Below, piece by piece: positions 59,716 through 64,000 of a DNA stretch of 64,000 nucleotides. The notes under the pieces are model-generated. The model had not been told where the DNA came from, made no database searches, and was given only the letters and a program-made list of their open reading frames with translations. Source of the stretch: an uncultured Clostridia bacterium (GTDB lineage Bacteria; Bacillota; Clostridia; TANB77; CAG-508); assembly GCA_944387505.1 (NCBI GenBank), contig CALXFG010000001.1:148247-212246 (forward strand). Direction: 5' to 3'. Made by a program: the position numbers and the translations under genes. Position 1 is the first letter of the stretch. The number at the start of each line of letters is the position of its first letter.

Positions 59716-59968
59716 GAAACCAAAAGTATGGGCAAAAATAGACAAAAAACCTTACGCAAATCAAAGTTTATCCAAAAATCGAAATTTAAAATTACAAAAT
59801 GTAATAAAAATGTAAACAAAATAACATATAAATCATATGAAAAGCTTAAATAAAGCATCCCTAAAAGAGAAGACTAAACGGAAAAAAAAATGGAAAATTT
59901 TATCCTTGAATTTGTAAAAAATAAAGTGTACTGTATACTAAGAATAATAGTTATTTGGAGGGGAAAAT

Positions 59969-62900
59969 ATGAAAGAGACACATTTGAGAAAAAAAATTAT
60001 GATAATCATGATTGTGATATTGGCAATGTTAAATGTTTTTTTGCTTACCATACAAATGGTTAATGCTGAAGAAGAAAAAACAACTTATGTAAAGCCAATC
60101 ATAGAAGGAGCAATGGAGAAGTATATAAATTATAAGATTTCTGATTATGATAAAGGGACATTAGTACAATATCATCTAAGAACAGGAATTCATTATGAAG
60201 AAAATTCTGAACTTTTCCCTATCAAAGAAAATGAAGTTATTGTAAATATGCCACAAATAGATGGCAAATATCCATATTATGTAAAAGTACTTGTAAATAA
60301 TACAGAAACAACAAATGCAAACGCTAAAGATAGTCATAGGGTACTATATGATCCTGAAACAGGTATTGTAACAATTAAAATATATAATCAGGATGAAAAT
60401 GGTAATTTGATATCAAGTCAAATACCAAATAATGATAGTAGAGATGATTATACAGTTATTAGTTATTATGATACATATACAGAAGAACAACCAGAAAGAG
60501 AAATAGATTTAAAAATTTCTTCAAGAACAAAATTATATACTGACGACAACAGAGAAACTTATGGTGAAGGAGAATTAAAAAGAACAGTAACTGAAAATAT
60601 AGGAGACTTAACTTCTATCAGTTATGATACAGAAGATATTTATAATGGATATATTAAATCAAATATAATTAATGGAACAGAATATAATACACAATATACA
60701 GAAAGTGAAAAAATAAATATAAGTAAAAAAGAAGCACAGCAAAAACTTGAAATTGTAGAAGGAAATACTTTTGTAAAAACAAATGATGAAGAAATTGTAA
60801 GAGATTTAGGTAATCAACATCAATTAGTTTATAAAAGTACAAAATTGAGCAAAGAAAATATAACAGAAATTTTAGGAGAAGAAGGTATTGTTGAGATCTT
60901 AGATGTTGATGGAAATGTTCTTGCAACAGTTGATAAAAATACAGAATTTGCAGAAGACGGGACATTTACGATTACATATACAAATGAAATAGAAAATATA
61001 GTTATAAAAACAAGTAATGTTATAAATGAAGGTACATTATATATTGAGAATACAAAAGAAATCAAGAATACAATGCAAAACCTTGAAAATGTGAAAATAA
61101 AAACAACAACCAATATAATTGGGTTAAAAGAAGAGGAAGCTTTAAGTGAGTCAGAAGAAGCAACAGAAAATACAACTGAAGAAACACAAATCATCGAAAC
61201 AGAAAGTTATAAAGTAGTAGATGAAAATGTTGTAGAAATAAAAGATGCACAAACAAATGTAAGTTTAGATTTAGATACACAAGAATTAACAAATGAACAA
61301 CAAAATGAAGTGACCTTTAAGGTTAAATTGCAAGCAAATAGTAATACAGATAATATGTTTAAAAATCCAACAATTAAAGTAGAGCTTCCTAATCAAGTAG
61401 AAAAAGTAATCCTTACAGAAAGTTCTATTATGTATGCAAATGGATTGACATTAAATGAACCATATACAGAAGTGAGTGAAAATGGAAATATAAATATAGT
61501 AGCAAACTTAGAAGGAATACAAAGTCAATATAATGAAAACAATTTAGGGTTAACAACCACTATAGAAATAAAAGCAATTGTTATATTAAAGAATGAAATA
61601 AAAGATTCAAGTGAAAATATTAACTTAACTTATACCAATGGATGGACATTAGATGGAAGAACAGAAGAAAATACATCTAGTAAAGAAATTCAAATTAAGA
61701 GTTATCAAAATATAGAACCTGTTGAAGAAGAGAAAAATGAAGTCATTGTTCCATATTCTAGTAACAATATAAGTACAGAAGATATGGAAGGATTAAATCT
61801 AGAAGTTATACCATTAAAAGGAAATAGAGAAATAAATGATGGAGGCATAATATATGAAGGGGAATATATTAAATATAACATTACAGTAACCAATACAACA
61901 GATAAAGATTTAGCGAATGTAAATATTAATGCAACAATCCCAGAAGGTTTGAAATATGGTGAATTGGAGACAGATTATGAAAGTTTCCGTTCAGAATATA
62001 AATACAATTTTGATGTAGATTTAAGAGAAAAACAAATAGATTTAGGAACAATAAAATCAGGTGAAAGTAAGACTGTATTTTATGAAGTGCAGGCAAACAA
62101 TTTGACAGGTGAAGAAGAAAAGCAAGTAATGACAGATATTCGTGTCAATGTAGATAATCAGCAAGCCAAAAATTGGGAAATGACAAATACCATAAAAAAA
62201 GCAGATGTTCAAGTATTTTTAACTTCTAGCAAAGATTACAGAGGACTAAGTGGATGGAATTATGGGGTTAATTTAAGTTCTTCAGAGGAAAAACAAGTAC
62301 CTGTAAAAATCTATTTACCAAAAGAATTTGAATTAGATTGTGTTGTTTATGATGGTGGTAAAATTGACTTAGATATGGACATTTCAGAAGATAATGTGAT
62401 AACGACAACTTTAAATTCAAATGGCAGTTATTCATTCCAAGGGTATATTTATCAAACAGATGTTAACAAAGAAGATGGAAAAGGTGCGGCAGAACTTACA
62501 GCTTTTGCAGAAGTTATAACAGATAATACATATACATCTAATCAAAATAGAATTATGGTACAATATGAAAATGTTACGATTTCTATGACATCACCTAATG
62601 AAGGTGAAGAAGTAAGATATGGAGAAGAAATTAATTATGAAGTAGAAATTAAAAATGTTGGTGGAAAAAATGTTAATTATGATCAAGCAGATTATATTAT
62701 TGTGGAAATAACAGACTTTTTACCAGATGATTTTAATGCAACAAGTATTTCATATAATACATGGAAAGTAGATGATGATTTACAAATTGTTTCTGAAGAT
62801 ACAGTAACAAAAGAAATTGGTGGTATAAGCACAGATGATAATGGAGAGAGATTACCTAGTATAGACGAATTTATCTTAATTCCAAGTGGAGAAACATCAA

Positions 62901-64000
62901 CGGTTACAATTACTGGAACAGCAGGGCATGTTTATGAAAAAACAACGATTAATAATACTATGACAGTATCAGGAGACAATATAGAAGCTAAGACTTCAAA
63001 TACAGTAACACATACCATTTTGCCATATAATTATGACCAAATAAATGATAATCCAGATAACCCGGACAATCCAGATAATCCAAATAATCCAAATAATCCA
63101 AATAATCCAAATACACCAGATAATCCAGACAACCCAGATAATCCAGGAGATGTAAATGATCCAAATAGCAGATATAGCATATCAGGATTAGCATGGAATG
63201 ATCAAAATGGAGATGGTGAAAGACAAACAGATGAAGGATTGCTATCACAAATAGAGGTTATGTTGATAGATACAAACAATGCTAACACAGTAAAATCAAC
63301 TGTAAGAACGAATAATAGCGGAGCATATACATTTTCAGGATTAGAGCAAGGAAATTATATTGTTATATTTAGATATAATACAAATGACTATATAGTTACA
63401 CAATATCAAGCAAGTGGGGTAAATAAAAATTTGAATTCTGATGCGATGGATAGTTTGATTACACTAGATGGAAATCAAGTAACAGTAGGTGTAACAGATG
63501 TCATTACATTGAATTCAGATATGGCAAATATAGATATAGGTTTAATAGAAAGAAAAATATGTGATTTTAAATTAGATAAATATATTAATAAAGTAACTGT
63601 CAGAACAAATAATGGAGTTGTTAAAGAAGAAAAATATGATAATGAAAAATTAGCTAAAGCAGAAATACACTCAAAACAAATAGATGGGGCAACTGTTATC
63701 GTTGAATATAAAATTGTTGTCACAAATGAAGGAGAATTAGCTGGAAATATAACACAAGTAATTGATTATTTGCCAGATGGATTAGATTTTTCATCAGAAT
63801 TAAATACAAACTGGGCACTTAGTGGATCAGGAAAATTAGTAAATTTAAGTATTGCAAATAGAGAAATTCAACCTGGAGAGAATGTAGAATTAACCTTAGT
63901 ATTGACAAAAGAAATGACACAAAATTCAACAGGTACATTTACAAATGCAGCAGAAATAGGAAGTATTAGTAATAACCAAGGAACAATGGATACAGATTCA
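59969..64000 (+). CDS. Third giant surface protein, paralogue of the 50716 gene (3' end outside window; not in the ORF track because it has no stop)
   Basis: ATG at 59969 after a GGAGGGG RBS, then signal peptide ...TIQMVNAEEE. I checked that the frame is open at the start, at about 63000-63250 and at the window end. It shares blocks with protein 1 (KNPTIKVELPNQVEKV vs KNPTFTIELPEQVESV; ISGLAWNDQNGDGERQTDE vs ISGLAWFDENHDGKKDDNE). Confidence 0.8.
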   Translation, partial: MKETHLRKKIMIIMIVILAMLNVFLLTIQMVNAEEEKTTYVKPIIEGAMEKYINYKISDYDKGTLVQYHLRTGIHYEENSELFPIKENEVIVNMPQIDGKYPYYVKVLVNNTETTNANAKDSHRVLYDPETGIVTIKIYNQDENGNLISSQIPNNDSRDDYTVISYYDTYTEEQPEREIDLKISSRTKLYTDDNRETYGEGELKRTVTENIGDLTSISYDTEDIYNGYIKSNIINGTEYNTQYTESEKINISKKEAQQKLEIVEGNTFVKTNDEEIVRDLGNQHQLVYKSTKLSKENITEILGEEGIVEILDVDGNVLATVDKNTEFAEDGTFTITYTNEIENIVIKTSNVINEGTLYIENTKEIKNTMQNLENVKIKTTTNIIGLKEEEALSESEEATENTTEETQIIETESYKVVDENVVEIKDAQTNVSLDLDTQELTNEQQNEVTFKVKLQANSNTDNMFKNPTIKVELPNQVEKVILTESSIMYANGLTLNEPYTEVSENGNINIVANLEGIQSQYNENNLGLTTTIEIKAIVILKNEIKDSSENINLTYTNGWTLDGRTEENTSSKEIQIKSYQNIEPVEEEKNEVIVPYSSNNISTEDMEGLNLEVIPLKGNREINDGGIIYEGEYIKYNITVTNTTDKDLANVNINATIPEGLKYGELETDYESFRSEYKYNFDVDLREKQIDLGTIKSGESKTVFYEVQANNLTGEEEKQVMTDIRVNVDNQQAKNWEMTNTIKKADVQVFLTSSKDYRGLSGWNYGVNLSSSEEKQVPVKIYLPKEFELDCVVYDGGKIDLDMDISEDNVITTTLNSNGSYSFQGYIYQTDVNKEDGKGAAELTAFAEVITDNTYTSNQNRIMVQYENVTISMTSPNEGEEVRYGEEINYEVEIKNVGGKNVNYDQADYIIVEITDFLPDDFNATSISYNTWKVDDDLQIVSEDTVTKEIGGISTDDNGERLPSIDEFILIPSGETSTVTITGTAGHVYEKTTINNTMTVSGDNIEAKTSNTVTHTILPYNYDQINDNPDNPDNPDNPNNPNNPNNPNTPDNPDNPDNPGDVNDPNSRYSISGLAWNDQNGDGERQTDEGLLSQIEVMLIDTNNANTVKSTVRTNNSGAYTFSGLEQGNYIVIFRYNTNDYIVTQYQASGVNKNLNSDAMDSLITLDGNQVTVGVTDVITLNSDMANIDIGLIERKICDFKLDKYINKVTVRTNNGVVKEEKYDNEKLAKAEIHSKQIDGATVIVEYKIVVTNEGELAGNITQVIDYLPDGLDFSSELNTNWALSGSGKLVNLSIANREIQPGENVELTLVLTKEMTQNSTGTFTNAAEIGSISNNQGTMDTDS
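63047..63148 (+). repeat. In-frame 9-bp tandem repeat encoding a (D/N)NP linker, about 11 units
   Basis: gataatcca gataacccg gacaatcca gataatcca aataatcca aataatcca aataatcca aatacacca gataatcca gacaaccca gataatcca. Confidence 0.8.

Noticed and set aside
59574-59858. 94-aa minus-strand ORF spanning the end of surface protein 2 and its terminator
   Set aside because: It overlaps a strongly supported CDS and a clear rho-independent terminator. It has no RBS.
59891-60067. Small ORF (about 58 codons) starting at the ATG at 59891 upstream of surface protein 3
   Set aside because: It overlaps the well-supported start, RBS and signal-peptide region of the 59969 gene in another frame. It has no convincing RBS.

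Overview
AT-rich chromosomal segment of an endospore-forming, low-GC Firmicute with Clostridia-like gene order. The backbone is housekeeping: ttcA-like, tRNA-Arg(CCT), tadA, SRP RNA-dnaX-ybaB-recR, murF-ddl, prfA, pcrA, and radC-mreBCD-mrdA-minC. Spore genes are present too: sleB-ypeB, an alpha/beta SASP missing from the ORF track, cotF-like genes and mecA. Four accessory blocks interrupt it. (1) 1.3-9.2 kb holds a compact type VIIb-like secretion cluster: a fused double-WXG100 protein, three small or acidic proteins, EssC and YukD. No EssA, EssB or EsaA candidate is visible, and the cluster ends next to a tRNA. (2) 24-27 kb holds an orphan VirD4/TraG-type coupling-protein operon. (3) 27.5-30.7 kb holds a YhaO/YhaN-type Mre11/Rad50-like pair. 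(4) From 50.7 kb to the window end there is an array of three giant wall-anchored surface proteins, one with an N-terminal thioester (TQXA-like) domain. The most unusual signal is in three conserved genes (mreB, the T4 coupling protein, a ZIP transporter). Each has exactly one +1 frame break, always at a zero-frame CGG followed by A. Reading GGA (Gly) one base downstream restores the family-conserved residue in every case. CGG is otherwise almost unused in frame here. This is either a systematic sequence artefact or CGG-directed +1 recoding. Several intergenic regions also carry long (190-325 bp) nested palindromes with perfect 23-43 bp terminal inverted repeats. No CRISPR array, rRNA gene, transposase or integrase gene was seen.
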